Shown here: piece by piece, positions 25,057 through 36,039 of the stretch
Layout: each line of letters begins with the position of its first letter
Numbering within the stretch: position 1 is the first letter of the stretch
Virus record (IMG/VR): IMGVR_UViG_3300009481_000037
Coordinates: 1 to 37,029 of that record
DNA: 37,029 nt
Strand: one strand, 5' to 3'
Source: a virus
Lineage: Duplodnaviria > Caudoviricetes
Translations under genes and position numbers: made by a program
Notes under the pieces: model-generated
Database searches by the model: none
What the model saw: the letters and a program-made list of their open reading frames with translations, nothing else
What the model was told of the DNA's origin: nothing

Positions 25057-28000
25057 TTATTCCTTAGAATACCCAAAAAGTGGGGCTGTTGGAATGTCTG
25101 TCTTCCCCGCCTGTAAATCCATAAAACCCGTTAGCGTTTTATCAATTTGCCCCGCGGGATAGTGAAATAGAATCCCCCCGGTTCGATTTAATGCCCTTAT
25201 TGTTTTTTTAACATCTATATCTTCTTTCTGTAATTGCTGTGATAATCTCGCGGCATCTGAAAAAAACCGCGTTCCTGCTGGCCCTTGGTAGCCAAAGAAA
25301 CCTTGCCCAAGTGAACTCAATTCACGGACTCCATATAACCCTCCAACAAGATAGCTCCAATGTTCTTTCGCTAACTTCCCGCCTACGCATGCCATATCTG
25401 TCCCAAAATCACACTCCCCTTTTAAAAAGGCCTCTCTCGCATACCAAGTTAATACTATTGGTATTGTATAAAGCATTAGCAGATCTACCCCTAACCGCCC
25501 TACGGCAAAGGGGTCTCGAACTACTTGAGTAGCTAATGAAACAGGGCCGGTTACCTTGGCTTTTTTTAATGAATCTAGGGTTAAATTATAGGTAACCTGG
25601 AAATAAGACATGAAATTAGTAAATAACTTTTTGATAGGACTGCCCCGCTGTACTTGTGCTAAATCCTTTATATGCCCAGAACCCTGGGAATCAATGACAG
25701 CTTGATCTGCCAATGCAATCGCCGTTTCATAGTCTAGGCCACTAGCTAATGCCTTTTCTTTTGCGCCAAACCATACCGGGGTATCTGCCATCAACTGGGC
25801 TTTAGCCATTACATAAAAATATGTTTCTGACATACTTTCTATAGGGAGCCCTATTTTTTTAAATAATTGCCTCTGCCCCTGGGACCAGAAGCCTTGCTTG
25901 AGAACCTTGTTTCTAATTTCACTAACTTCCCTGTTTAAGGTTTTAGCCCGGAGCCTCATAAATGAACTATCTGCATACATTTCCTTGACAGCGCTTTCCA
26001 TCCCTACAGCCCCTCTGCCATAACGAAGTAGCCCTTTCATTACCCATAACGGGCCCACCTTCGCAATCCCCTGGGTAATACCAAATGGTTGAAGTAACGC
26101 AGTTCCAAGGTTCCACCCCATAGCAGAAATAGAAACCCCCGTTCTAAGATAATTGAACGCCTTTTCATGCCATTGAACGCCCTGGGTTTCCCCTACGGCT
26201 ATATCTCTTAATGTATTTTTTATTACCCCTAGCCTTTCCCCACCCATATATTTTTGGATTACAGCAGGTAGTGAAAAGTTAGGACCTAAATCTGATTTGT
26301 GGTTTATTAGTTTATTTGTATTTACGAGAAATTCATGCCATGCGAGATCATGGACAACCTGCTCAACATGCTCAAAAATAACGCCAAAATCCAAGCGAAT
26401 CGGCTTTTGCCCAGCAGCATCCATCCTGGCCTTGGTATGCCCTCTCTTGGTAGTTGCTCTGCCAATCGCCCCTTTTCTTGCCAAATCATAAAGTTCCGCT
26501 TCTTGTTGAGCGCCTGCTTCTTGGCTCAAGTCCTTGTCAAAAGTTATAGGGAAATAGCCTCCGCGCAGCTGACCGAATGGGGTCATTACTGGCAAGGCTT
26601 CAACTTTTTCCGGGGCTACACCAGTAATTCGCTTTTCCTTCGCTTCAATTTCGTCCCAATAGCTATCTATAAAATCCCATACCCCTTGCACAAATTTCCA
26701 ATCACGAGCATCTAGCCCTTCCAAAACAATATCTACATGTTCATCTTTCCATCCAAACCCATCACGGACCCGGTTCCTATTATCCGCATTCCCCCAATTT
26801 AGGGCTACCATGATTCGTTCCATTTTGCTTATATCTACCCCCATGCCACCTTCTAAATCTGGGATGTTTGGAATATGCTTTCTTGCATAAAGCCTTTGGT
26901 TCGGGAGCATATTGTCCAGGGTTTCCGATGTAAGATAAGCAAATTCCGTAGCCTTGTATGCATTAAACAATTCCCCAAGGGTCACGGTCGCCTCTTCTTT
27001 TCTGTTGGCTTCCCAATCAGCACGATCATTCATCGGCCTAGTAATATATTTGAAGAAAGGCCCATTTTGCTCAAAACCATCTATTTCATGCCCGGTATTT
27101 GCCATCTTGCGATGTTCTGAAAAATATCCTAACTTTACTTTCCCCGGCTGATCTTGTGGTAAATTCCTAGATAGCTTTTTGATTTCTTTCTTGCTTTTCC
27201 TTTTCTGGTTATGCTTTTTGACTGAATCCCCAATTTCAATAGCCGCCGTTTCTACGCTTGCTTTTTCTTCTGCTAAAATTAGCCTGGTTTCATTTGATCC
27301 TAGATGATCTATGTTCTGGATAGCATCATTTAAACCACGGAGTTCTTCCATTGCAATAGTTCTATAATGCACTCGCTTTGTTTCATCTTGAAGGTTCGCT
27401 GGTATAACCGGGGTATTCCCCTTCGCTTCTTCTGCGGCTATCCACTTGGAAAGAATTTGCTGTTGTTCTATTTCCTTGTTAGTAGCACTTTTTCTAAGAT
27501 CATACCGATTCAGCATTCGATCTATTTGGGCAGACGCATCAAACCCAATGCGTTTTCTCGCGGATTTACCATCCAGCCTATCAAAATACCTTAGAACACG
27601 ATCTACTTCGCTAAGTGCCTGGGTTGCTTCCCTAGCAAAATAAAAATTTAAAATAGCCGCTCTTTTGTGATCGGCTGCTAAATTAAGATCCCCTTTGCCT
27701 ATAGCCCTTTCCGCATTGCGGTTAGCCCGTCGTTCCGCCGCCATATAGTCATTTGGGCGAATGTCCATAATTCTCGTGCCGGCAATCTTGTCTTTTGCGT
27801 ATTTTCTAGCAGATGCTGCTAAAACATTTCTAGCACCTACTTTTTTAGCCAAGACCTTCATTTCGGTATGCAGGACTCTAGCCCTCTGTTCCCCATGTAG
27901 GGCTTCTGTGATTGCGCGTGTCTTGGCTTCTTGGGAATTCATATCCCCAAATACTTCCAACATTTTCGCATCTGTTTCTTCTTCTACTACAACTCTCATA

Positions 28001-31000
28001 TCCGGGGCGGCTACCAACTCCTGTATCATTTGGTCCCCCGAACTATACCCCAGGCCTCGCGCTATATGATCTGGGTTCCCGCCATGATCTTGGTCTGTCA
28101 CCATTGCATACCTGCCTTTAAGCGGCAGTTGCTTCCATAATGCATCCTCCCCATTCCCATATTCTTCAATCAACGCCTGAAGTGATAATTTCCCCCCGGA
28201 TTCGTTGTCAATATGAACAAGCCCTTCTTCTTCTGCCAAGAAGTTTTCATATGCTTCCGCAACATCCCATTCATCATTTTTAATAGAAACGCGCTTATTA
28301 CCATTCAATTCATCTAGGAACCTATCTTCTAGATCCGTTGGGTCATATTTATCATTTTCATCTAACGGGAGATAACCATATCCCTCTTGAGACAACAAGA
28401 CCCCCATATCATCAATGCTTTTGGGTCTCTTTTCTTTAGGCTTGCTAGGATCATCTTTCTTCCATACTGGGCGAGCAGCCCCAACCCCGGAACTTAACTT
28501 TGTCTGCGGGTCAATGCCCCAGGTGGCCACTACTTCATCCTTATTTAGCCCCCCTAGTTTGGCAATCGCCGTAAACAATGAATCTCGGGTCGGGTCTACA
28601 ACATTAGGATTAATCTTTACCTTTGGACGTTTTTGTACCGGGGTACGCAAAAACTGCTTTGCCTTGTAAACTCTACGGTTAGCAACTTCCAACGTCGCTT
28701 CTTTTTTTAGTTCCGCCCTTCTTTCCCTTTGCGTTCTTTGGATATTTCTCAATACCCGCCCGCGTGCGCCTTCCATATATTTCATATCACGGAGCGCCCT
28801 GGCCTGCAGCATTTCGTCAGCTTCTTCTTCTTCGTCTACAATTTTAGCCTTATAGTCCACCCATTCTTCTTGGGTCATCCCGGCAGATTCCCTAGATTCC
28901 CATAATGGCTTAAAGCCTTCCGATTCTCTTGTTAATCTAATTTCTTCATCACTGGCAAGCATGCGATCAAATACGCCACGAACATCATCGCTTAGATCAA
29001 CTTGGAGGCTTGTTAAGTTTTTATATAAAGCAACAAGCCAGCTTTTAAAGCGGCGGAACATATTTGTCAGATCCGCTGATGGAGCTCTGCCTTCAAAAAG
29101 ATATGCTTCAAACGCCCTTGCAACGCGTTCATGCCCTTCCCGGCGGGCTTCCAGGCTCATAGAATTCCATTTATTAATATCTTCTACGCCAACAAACTTT
29201 AACAGCGTATTCATGTCATCCTTGATTTCCTGTGGGGAATCAGCCTGGTTTGCTAAATGCCGGGTTACTTCAAAAAAGAAATGCCCTGATTCATGGAGAA
29301 ATGTTGATAAATCAGCACTTTTAAATAAATTAATCGCGCTTTCTGTTTTAGTAATATCTTCCGCGAATTGAAAAGAACCCCTTGCTTCCCTTTGTTTTTT
29401 CTGGAAAACGGCTAAACTGGGGCGGGTTTTATTAAATGCTCTTTTCAATGGGGCAACATCAAACCCTGGTTGTCTCCCTGCATCATATGAGTCCGGGGCA
29501 GGATCTTCATATTCCATGGTTATCTTTTCCCCGGTAATACTCTTAACCATCTTGGCCGCTACATCAGGAACTAGGCGGTCATAGAAATCGACCATGCCCT
29601 TATCACTAATCTCTACATTGCCAGTATCAATAGAATGAGTCCCGTCTTTAATAGGTTCTTCAAGTAAAGTTCGTGCTACGTCTTTACCTACCATGGCGGG
29701 CAGATTCTTTTGTTCTACCTTGCCCACATCTGTCCAATGATCGCCAAGCCTGTTTGTACCCACGAAATGTTCCGCTCTTACAACAGAAAGTTGCTTGATC
29801 GCAGGGTTGTATTTTATCCTTGCGACGGTACTGACAAGTGAAGATTTATACCGTTCTGACTGCTGTGATCCTGAAGTCCACTCTACCCGGTCAAAGTCAT
29901 TCTCTACTGCGTAGGTAATAATCTTTTTCATAGCCAGCCCAACGTATGCGCTTTGGCTGTCAGTAAACGGAACCTGTACTGGTGTTGTTTTTCCACGGAC
30001 AGCACTTTCTAGATCCGATTGTATTTCATCTATAAATAGGATTTTCTTGCCATCTACTTCCCTAGTCTGTTTTCTTATCCATGTAATAATATTTGCATGC
30101 CCAGGGAAAACATGGGACTCAAATGCTCTTGTAGGGCGTGGCCCATTCTTGTAAATCTGCTGGATTCTTAGTCTATTTTTATCAAAATACCTTTCTTCTT
30201 CTTTCGTAAAAACATCCTTTGCATCTTTATGTCCCGGTAGAAATTTAAGATTTTTGTCTTGGACGTATGACTGCCATGTAGGAAAACGCAAAAGATCATT
30301 GTATCCAGGTTGGTAATCTCGCGTTCCATAAATATGAATTGCATGGTTCCATAACTTTTGTACTACATTAGTTTCCAATTCTAATTTTGGGGCAGCCCTT
30401 GGCGGAAACTTGAGCAAAATACTACTTTCATCTTCTCCACCGGGAAATGTGTAGTCAGTAAGGTCAGTGCCGATTTCAGAAAATGATTCAGGGGTTTGCA
30501 GGTCTTCAAGTTCAGCCCGGGCGTTTTCCCATGCCCTATTGCTTAGTATTTCATTCATTGGATCATTTGAATCATAAACTTTTTTTTCTATTTCTTCCCG
30601 ATGTTTGTCTTCTATGCGCTTTCTAGTAACTTCTACTGGTTCCCCTGTGATGCTATTCCCATCCGCATCCTTCTTTGCTAAACGGAATATTTCATCCTGA
30701 ACCAACATATCAAGACCTGCCTCTACCTCTCGTTTTAATAAATCATCAAAATACTGTTCTGCCCGGTCATGGAGTTCATTTTCATAGTCCTGGTTATTTA
30801 ATTCAACAAAGTCATCATTGGCCCCTATCATGCTACCAATTTCTACGGTTTCGATGCTTATGCCATTATTGAAAAGGAAATTGCTAATTTCGGATTTGGT
30901 GATCTTGTATCCTTTGCCAGCTTTAACCTGGGCTAATTGATCTTGAAGTCTAGAAATATCAGCATCTACCAAATTATAAGAATCGTCCCCTTTTATATAG

Positions 31001-34000
31001 GCATCTCGTTTCTTAACCCGCCTTTCAATCGCATCTTCTAAATCTAGGATTTGTGCTTCTTGCGTTTTCGTATCCAGCCATTCAAATATGCCAGTCCATT
31101 CTAATTCCTGTTGTTTAACCCCAAGTTTCTTGATGACTTGCTTCCAGCCCTTGGATGTTTTAGGTTGGGCTTTGCTATCTGGGAGTGCATCAAAGGATTC
31201 TGCCAATTTAGAATAATACCAGTCTGGCTTGGCATTCGCCTGGTCCACCCTATCTTGGAATAAAGTAAATCCTTCTTTTTGGACCCTTTCTCTTAGTTCC
31301 TGGGTAATGGGGATGATATGGTAACCTTCATCCTCAAAGCCCCCTTCTTCCTTCATTGGGTAGCCATCAATATGCATATGAGTTGCTACTTGCTTAGTTA
31401 GCTTCTTCATAATTGAAGGCATTTTTTTATCGTACTGGTTTTGATATAAGGTTCGGTATCTATCACTCCATCTATCAACCAATGTCTCAGAGTTAGACCA
31501 GGCTATAGACCCATACCCACCATCTACCGCATCAACGATTGCCCTTTTCAAACCAAGCGAAAGCCAAGAATCTCCCTTGAATGGAACATCAGGAACGCCC
31601 TTTTCTTCGGCAGCTATTTGTCTTTTTAGCGTTTCTTCTTCGGCGATGTAATTTTGCAGTTGTTCAATTTCTTCTTCACTAAATTGATCTTTAATTATCT
31701 TTTCAGTAATATCCCATTTCCTTTTATAAACCGCACTTGAACCTACAAACCGCCCTGAATTTGTTAGCTTTGTATATCTATCCATCCATCTTTCAGGGAA
31801 ATCTTCTTTTATCTGGAATGAAGCTATTTCCGAAAAATCCCCAAAATCAAGTCCATACTTTTCCAGACCAACATCAAATATGATTTGCCCTTTAAATCGT
31901 TTTTCATCATATATTTGCTCTGTTTCAAACGCGCGTTGCAAGCGAGTAGTAATTTCCGTGCTTGCCAATAATTCCTGTGCTTTGGCTTCTTCTATTTCTT
32001 CCCTAGTCTTCCCGGTTCTATATCCTTTCTGCCGGCCATCTTGATGCCAATCAGATTGAAATTCTTCGATAAAGTAGGTTTTATCTAAATGAAAATATGT
32101 AACATCTTTAGGTTCTACTGGAACAACTCCAGAAGCTGGAACCTGTAAATAGGAGCGGAAATTTTGGCCCGCAGGGAGCAACATTCCTATTTTCCCAGAC
32201 TTCCCAACAACTTTGCCTTGGGGAACATTGCGAAGGTGATACCCATATTCCGCTCTGGCTATCTTTCTTCCATATTCCATTTTTGCTTTCATTGAATTAT
32301 CAGCACTAACCCCAATGCCTTTGGCTGTAGCTTCTAACTGCCCCTCATAATCATCAGAATAATCTTTGCCATCCTCATAAACGATAAATGGTTTTTCATA
32401 CCGCCGTCTCAAATCCCCAAAAGTTTCTTCTTTAATTTCAAAGCCAGGGGGGTAAGGCAAACTACTCTTGTCCCCCTTATCTGCCTTAATTGCTACAGCA
32501 TCATCAGGGGGCGGTTTTAAGATCTTACCTTTGCCCATAGAAGAACTTGGAGGTATTGTATAGATAGATTTCATCTGTGGAGAAATATCATCCGTGCCTT
32601 CCCCGGATAACATCTCTCTATCATCAACTCTTAGGAACGCAACAATATTCCTATCTGGAAAGTGGGCTTCTTCATAAAAATCTTCTTCTATATCTGGTAG
32701 GGTTAGCTTGACTTCACGGTAATTTTCCTTATCCCCATCCATGGTATAATCTTCCCACTTTTTGATCGTTTCATCTCCCGTCGGGGATATTAGATCTTGT
32801 TCTACGGCATAGTCCATTGCCTGAATTTTTGCTTCAGAAAGGGAATAGATTAAGTCACCTTCAACTATATTTGCAGGATTCTGCCAGCCCCCTCTACGAA
32901 TATCCCAACCCTGGGCATCATTGCCCATAAGGGATAACCCAATCGTATCGTCCATGGTTTCTACAATATAAACAGGATCTTGCATATACAATTCTCTTGC
33001 TCTAGCTTCTACCCCTTCTTCTATTTCTGACTCATAGTTTTCTACCATATATTCCCATATCTGCGCCTGGTCCTTATCCCTTTCTATATTTTCTGGGATG
33101 TTACGATCTTCTTCTTTCGCGAGATCCCATACAACCTTATCCATAATCCCGTTATAGTCTGCATCGTCAACCAAGTATTTCCATGCTTCCGGGTCATCCC
33201 ATATTCTTTCAGAAGTCCATGCAATTTCAGCATCTCCTTCTAAATTTTCATCTTCTGCTACAACTACTTCCAACTTGATTCCATTGTTCCTTGCGAAAGC
33301 AACAACCCTTTCTCTGCTAAACTTGGCTTTTGGGTTGCCAGTTAGGAATTCTTCAATCCCTGAAAAGTTGAGTTCTTCTTTCTTGATTCCTGGCATGGTT
33401 TTTAGCTTCGCCCAAATATCTTTCCCGTTTGCCTGACCTACCTTCGGGTAAGTATCCGGGTCTTTTTTCCATGCCGGGAGGTTCATATCTTCCAGTGCTT
33501 GCTCTAATGCGCTATATAACCCATCACGACGGGCAGCCTGTTCTAGAATGTTAGGACTATCAGTAGGGCTTACATTGAAGATAGATTTGCTTTGGTTCGG
33601 CTCAAAGGTAATAAACTGGTCTTCAATAAAGTAATCAGTCATTGCCTGGGTTTCACCAGGTTCCGGCTTTCTTAAAAAGGCTTCCCTCGCACCCTTAACA
33701 ATAATACCGTCATGGCCTAGCCGTTTTGCTACTTCTACAACATTGGCTATGTTCTTGTTAGACAAAGTATTGTCCTTGACATCTGCCATGGCTACACTAA
33801 TAGGATTATCAAAGTCTAGTATGAATGGGTTTTTAATATCTAGGAATACAGGAAGAACATTTTGCCCACTAGTCTTTTCTTCTACTGCGGCAAATTCTGA
33901 AAACCTAGAAGCTAGATCAGGAGTGCTTGCAAAGAAGAACCCAAGTTCTTTCCCCCCTTGCTTGCCTGTTATCTTGCCTTGTGTTGACTTGTCAAAGGAT

Positions 34001-36039
34001 TCAATGTTAGCCGTCGTCCCATGATAAACAACTCTTGGCTCCCCTTTTTCATCTGTGATTTTAGAATCTTTAAAGAATGCTTCAAACTCTGGAGTGCGTT
34101 TGACCGCTTCGGCAGCCTGTTCTAAAGTCTGGACTTCATCTGATATTTGGGATTCCCCGCGAATTCTTAGCGGGAATTTCTTGTAAACTTCTTCTGGGGT
34201 TTTCCCTAATTTCTTGGCGAGACTAGCAAACATAGCCTTATGCAGAGAGGCATAAGTGTCCGCGGTTTCATCATTAAACCTACCAGTTTCAATAAGTTGT
34301 TTCCTTACCCCATCAAAAACCTTTTCAGATGAAGCAATAAATTCCGTATTCTGTGCCTGTTCCCGCAGGATGCGTTCACCTTTTTCAGCTAGTTCTTCAA
34401 AGGCTTTTTTTTCTTCTTCTGCTAGAAATGCCGTCGTCCCATTTGGATCAAATTTTACATGAGGGCTAATCTTGCTATTGGCTACCACGTCCCCGGCGAT
34501 TTTGTCCGTATAAACGGAAAGAGGGATAACAATATCCCCTTCCCCTTCAAGGGCATCTTTAAACTGTTCTGTCGCCCCTATTTCTTCAACTAGCAGATCC
34601 ACATCATCCTGGTAGACTTCTTGCAGCTGTTTTGCATCAATATATACATTGTCAATGCTTGTCCCTTCGTGGACGCGTTTGACGAATTCCTTGTGCGTTT
34701 CTCCATCCCGCTGTTTGAGTTTTGACCCTTGGACATTTTCACTCAAACTATTCAAATATTCCTGGTTAGCCGTAGCCTGGTCTGCATCCCTTTTTTGGTT
34801 ATACATGGAAATAGTTGCCCCAGGAATAGCCAGAATAGTCATAGCTTTTAGGGTTTCTTTAAAGACTTCCCCAACCTGATGCTGTATTTCTGCCCCAGTA
34901 ATGCTTTCAAATTCTTTGTCTGATAAGGCTTTTCCTGTTTCTACCCCAGTTATAGCGATTAGTTCCTGCCCGACTTCCGTTGCCGTTTCCCCGGCTATAG
35001 TCTTGCCAAAAGTCTTAACCCCGGCTGCTATCTTACTTTTCTTCGCGGTTTCCTGTAATATTTTGCGTTTGACCCCGCTAAGAAATCTTTTTTTAATGAG
35101 ATCTTTAAAAGGGGAAGCGATTATCTTGGCCCCAGTAACTTCTAATAACCCGGCAAAATCCCCGGCAACCTCCCCTACATTGTTGGCTATATTCTTTTCA
35201 ACCCCCGCATCAACTAAATCCTGGGCGATAAGCCCTCCTTCTACCTGCGAAGATTGGCGATAAAGTTCTACCGCTGCCCCAACAGAAGCCGCTGTAGCAA
35301 CAACAGCCGGTGCCGCCGGGCCCGTGAGCGCAGCCCCAGTTGCCGCCGCCCCACCTGACAAGGCTCCCGCTGCTATAACTTGTGGGACCCCTTCTATAAA
35401 TGTGCCAATAGCCTTGGCGGCCGCTTCCACAAAACCCCCAGAGCCTCCATCTAGTTGCCTTAATTGATCTTGTATTTCCTTGATTCTATTTCTTAGTTCT
35501 TGTTTTTCGGGTTCCGTCAATTCATCTTCAAATATTTCCCCCATTAGCCTACGCCTAGCAAGACCGAGCTCTCTGGTTTTCATCCCCCTTTCTAGTCCGA
35601 CAGAAGCATCTCGATGCAATCCTTCAAAGTAGCCAAGGTTTTCAAAGTCATCATTCGCAAACATGGAAAGATTGGTTTCTAACGTCATTTCTTTCAGCTT
35701 GGGAGATTTATCCAGTATTTCCTTGTTTTTGTCTATCTCAACTGAACGCTCAATACCATCAACATCTTCTTCAACCAATTCTTCCATTAAACCCGTTGTT
35801 TCTGATAATTTGCGAACCTTGACCGCTTTATCCGGGTTTATAGTTTTAGCTTCTTCAAGAATATCCAGCAGCATCGCATCATCTTTTTTTTGATCAATTT
35901 CCGCTTGTTTCGCCGCGCCATTATCATCTGGGATTTCTATTTCAGTATCTTCTAAGGCTTTCCCCGCTTCTTCTAAAAGCGGACTCTGTAGTTGCTCTCT
36001 GCGTTTTTCAAATTCTAGGAAAGAATCAAGGCTATTCAT
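25057..36039 (-). CDS. Giant polyvalent internal virion/ejection protein (3660 aa): ART-PolyVal-like domain, duplicated E-x-QSD domain and zincin metallopeptidase
   Basis: VYHGT/GFFFA/GHDGI (ART-like); two copies of YS.L...G.K..EL...HF/VF...E[FI]QSD...PF; ADLSTFLHESGH...HE..A..FE.YL.EG (HExxH); long helical C-terminus; located just upstream of the tail fibre. Confidence 0.85.
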   Translation of the reverse strand: MNSLDSFLEFEKRREQLQSPLLEEAGKALEDTEIEIPDDNGAAKQAEIDQKKDDAMLLDILEEAKTINPDKAVKVRKLSETTGLMEELVEEDVDGIERSVEIDKNKEILDKSPKLKEMTLETNLSMFANDDFENLGYFEGLHRDASVGLERGMKTRELGLARRRLMGEIFEDELTEPEKQELRNRIKEIQDQLRQLDGGSGGFVEAAAKAIGTFIEGVPQVIAAGALSGGAAATGAALTGPAAPAVVATAASVGAAVELYRQSSQVEGGLIAQDLVDAGVEKNIANNVGEVAGDFAGLLEVTGAKIIASPFKDLIKKRFLSGVKRKILQETAKKSKIAAGVKTFGKTIAGETATEVGQELIAITGVETGKALSDKEFESITGAEIQHQVGEVFKETLKAMTILAIPGATISMYNQKRDADQATANQEYLNSLSENVQGSKLKQRDGETHKEFVKRVHEGTSIDNVYIDAKQLQEVYQDDVDLLVEEIGATEQFKDALEGEGDIVIPLSVYTDKIAGDVVANSKISPHVKFDPNGTTAFLAEEEKKAFEELAEKGERILREQAQNTEFIASSEKVFDGVRKQLIETGRFNDETADTYASLHKAMFASLAKKLGKTPEEVYKKFPLRIRGESQISDEVQTLEQAAEAVKRTPEFEAFFKDSKITDEKGEPRVVYHGTTANIESFDKSTQGKITGKQGGKELGFFFASTPDLASRFSEFAAVEEKTSGQNVLPVFLDIKNPFILDFDNPISVAMADVKDNTLSNKNIANVVEVAKRLGHDGIIVKGAREAFLRKPEPGETQAMTDYFIEDQFITFEPNQSKSIFNVSPTDSPNILEQAARRDGLYSALEQALEDMNLPAWKKDPDTYPKVGQANGKDIWAKLKTMPGIKKEELNFSGIEEFLTGNPKAKFSRERVVAFARNNGIKLEVVVAEDENLEGDAEIAWTSERIWDDPEAWKYLVDDADYNGIMDKVVWDLAKEEDRNIPENIERDKDQAQIWEYMVENYESEIEEGVEARARELYMQDPVYIVETMDDTIGLSLMGNDAQGWDIRRGGWQNPANIVEGDLIYSLSEAKIQAMDYAVEQDLISPTGDETIKKWEDYTMDGDKENYREVKLTLPDIEEDFYEEAHFPDRNIVAFLRVDDREMLSGEGTDDISPQMKSIYTIPPSSSMGKGKILKPPPDDAVAIKADKGDKSSLPYPPGFEIKEETFGDLRRRYEKPFIVYEDGKDYSDDYEGQLEATAKGIGVSADNSMKAKMEYGRKIARAEYGYHLRNVPQGKVVGKSGKIGMLLPAGQNFRSYLQVPASGVVPVEPKDVTYFHLDKTYFIEEFQSDWHQDGRQKGYRTGKTREEIEEAKAQELLASTEITTRLQRAFETEQIYDEKRFKGQIIFDVGLEKYGLDFGDFSEIASFQIKEDFPERWMDRYTKLTNSGRFVGSSAVYKRKWDITEKIIKDQFSEEEIEQLQNYIAEEETLKRQIAAEEKGVPDVPFKGDSWLSLGLKRAIVDAVDGGYGSIAWSNSETLVDRWSDRYRTLYQNQYDKKMPSIMKKLTKQVATHMHIDGYPMKEEGGFEDEGYHIIPITQELRERVQKEGFTLFQDRVDQANAKPDWYYSKLAESFDALPDSKAQPKTSKGWKQVIKKLGVKQQELEWTGIFEWLDTKTQEAQILDLEDAIERRVKKRDAYIKGDDSYNLVDADISRLQDQLAQVKAGKGYKITKSEISNFLFNNGISIETVEIGSMIGANDDFVELNNQDYENELHDRAEQYFDDLLKREVEAGLDMLVQDEIFRLAKKDADGNSITGEPVEVTRKRIEDKHREEIEKKVYDSNDPMNEILSNRAWENARAELEDLQTPESFSEIGTDLTDYTFPGGEDESSILLKFPPRAAPKLELETNVVQKLWNHAIHIYGTRDYQPGYNDLLRFPTWQSYVQDKNLKFLPGHKDAKDVFTKEEERYFDKNRLRIQQIYKNGPRPTRAFESHVFPGHANIITWIRKQTREVDGKKILFIDEIQSDLESAVRGKTTPVQVPFTDSQSAYVGLAMKKIITYAVENDFDRVEWTSGSQQSERYKSSLVSTVARIKYNPAIKQLSVVRAEHFVGTNRLGDHWTDVGKVEQKNLPAMVGKDVARTLLEEPIKDGTHSIDTGNVEISDKGMVDFYDRLVPDVAAKMVKSITGEKITMEYEDPAPDSYDAGRQPGFDVAPLKRAFNKTRPSLAVFQKKQREARGSFQFAEDITKTESAINLFKSADLSTFLHESGHFFFEVTRHLANQADSPQEIKDDMNTLLKFVGVEDINKWNSMSLEARREGHERVARAFEAYLFEGRAPSADLTNMFRRFKSWLVALYKNLTSLQVDLSDDVRGVFDRMLASDEEIRLTRESEGFKPLWESRESAGMTQEEWVDYKAKIVDEEEEADEMLQARALRDMKYMEGARGRVLRNIQRTQRERRAELKKEATLEVANRRVYKAKQFLRTPVQKRPKVKINPNVVDPTRDSLFTAIAKLGGLNKDEVVATWGIDPQTKLSSGVGAARPVWKKDDPSKPKEKRPKSIDDMGVLLSQEGYGYLPLDENDKYDPTDLEDRFLDELNGNKRVSIKNDEWDVAEAYENFLAEEEGLVHIDNESGGKLSLQALIEEYGNGEDALWKQLPLKGRYAMVTDQDHGGNPDHIARGLGYSSGDQMIQELVAAPDMRVVVEEETDAKMLEVFGDMNSQEAKTRAITEALHGEQRARVLHTEMKVLAKKVGARNVLAASARKYAKDKIAGTRIMDIRPNDYMAAERRANRNAERAIGKGDLNLAADHKRAAILNFYFAREATQALSEVDRVLRYFDRLDGKSARKRIGFDASAQIDRMLNRYDLRKSATNKEIEQQQILSKWIAAEEAKGNTPVIPANLQDETKRVHYRTIAMEELRGLNDAIQNIDHLGSNETRLILAEEKASVETAAIEIGDSVKKHNQKRKSKKEIKKLSRNLPQDQPGKVKLGYFSEHRKMANTGHEIDGFEQNGPFFKYITRPMNDRADWEANRKEEATVTLGELFNAYKATEFAYLTSETLDNMLPNQRLYARKHIPNIPDLEGGMGVDISKMERIMVALNWGNADNRNRVRDGFGWKDEHVDIVLEGLDARDWKFVQGVWDFIDSYWDEIEAKEKRITGVAPEKVEALPVMTPFGQLRGGYFPITFDKDLSQEAGAQQEAELYDLARKGAIGRATTKRGHTKARMDAAGQKPIRLDFGVIFEHVEQVVHDLAWHEFLVNTNKLINHKSDLGPNFSLPAVIQKYMGGERLGVIKNTLRDIAVGETQGVQWHEKAFNYLRTGVSISAMGWNLGTALLQPFGITQGIAKVGPLWVMKGLLRYGRGAVGMESAVKEMYADSSFMRLRAKTLNREVSEIRNKVLKQGFWSQGQRQLFKKIGLPIESMSETYFYVMAKAQLMADTPVWFGAKEKALASGLDYETAIALADQAVIDSQGSGHIKDLAQVQRGSPIKKLFTNFMSYFQVTYNLTLDSLKKAKVTGPVSLATQVVRDPFAVGRLGVDLLMLYTIPIVLTWYAREAFLKGECDFGTDMACVGGKLAKEHWSYLVGGLYGVRELSSLGQGFFGYQGPAGTRFFSDAARLSQQLQKEDIDVKKTIRALNRTGGILFHYPAGQIDKTLTGFMDLQAGKTDIPTAPLFGYSKE

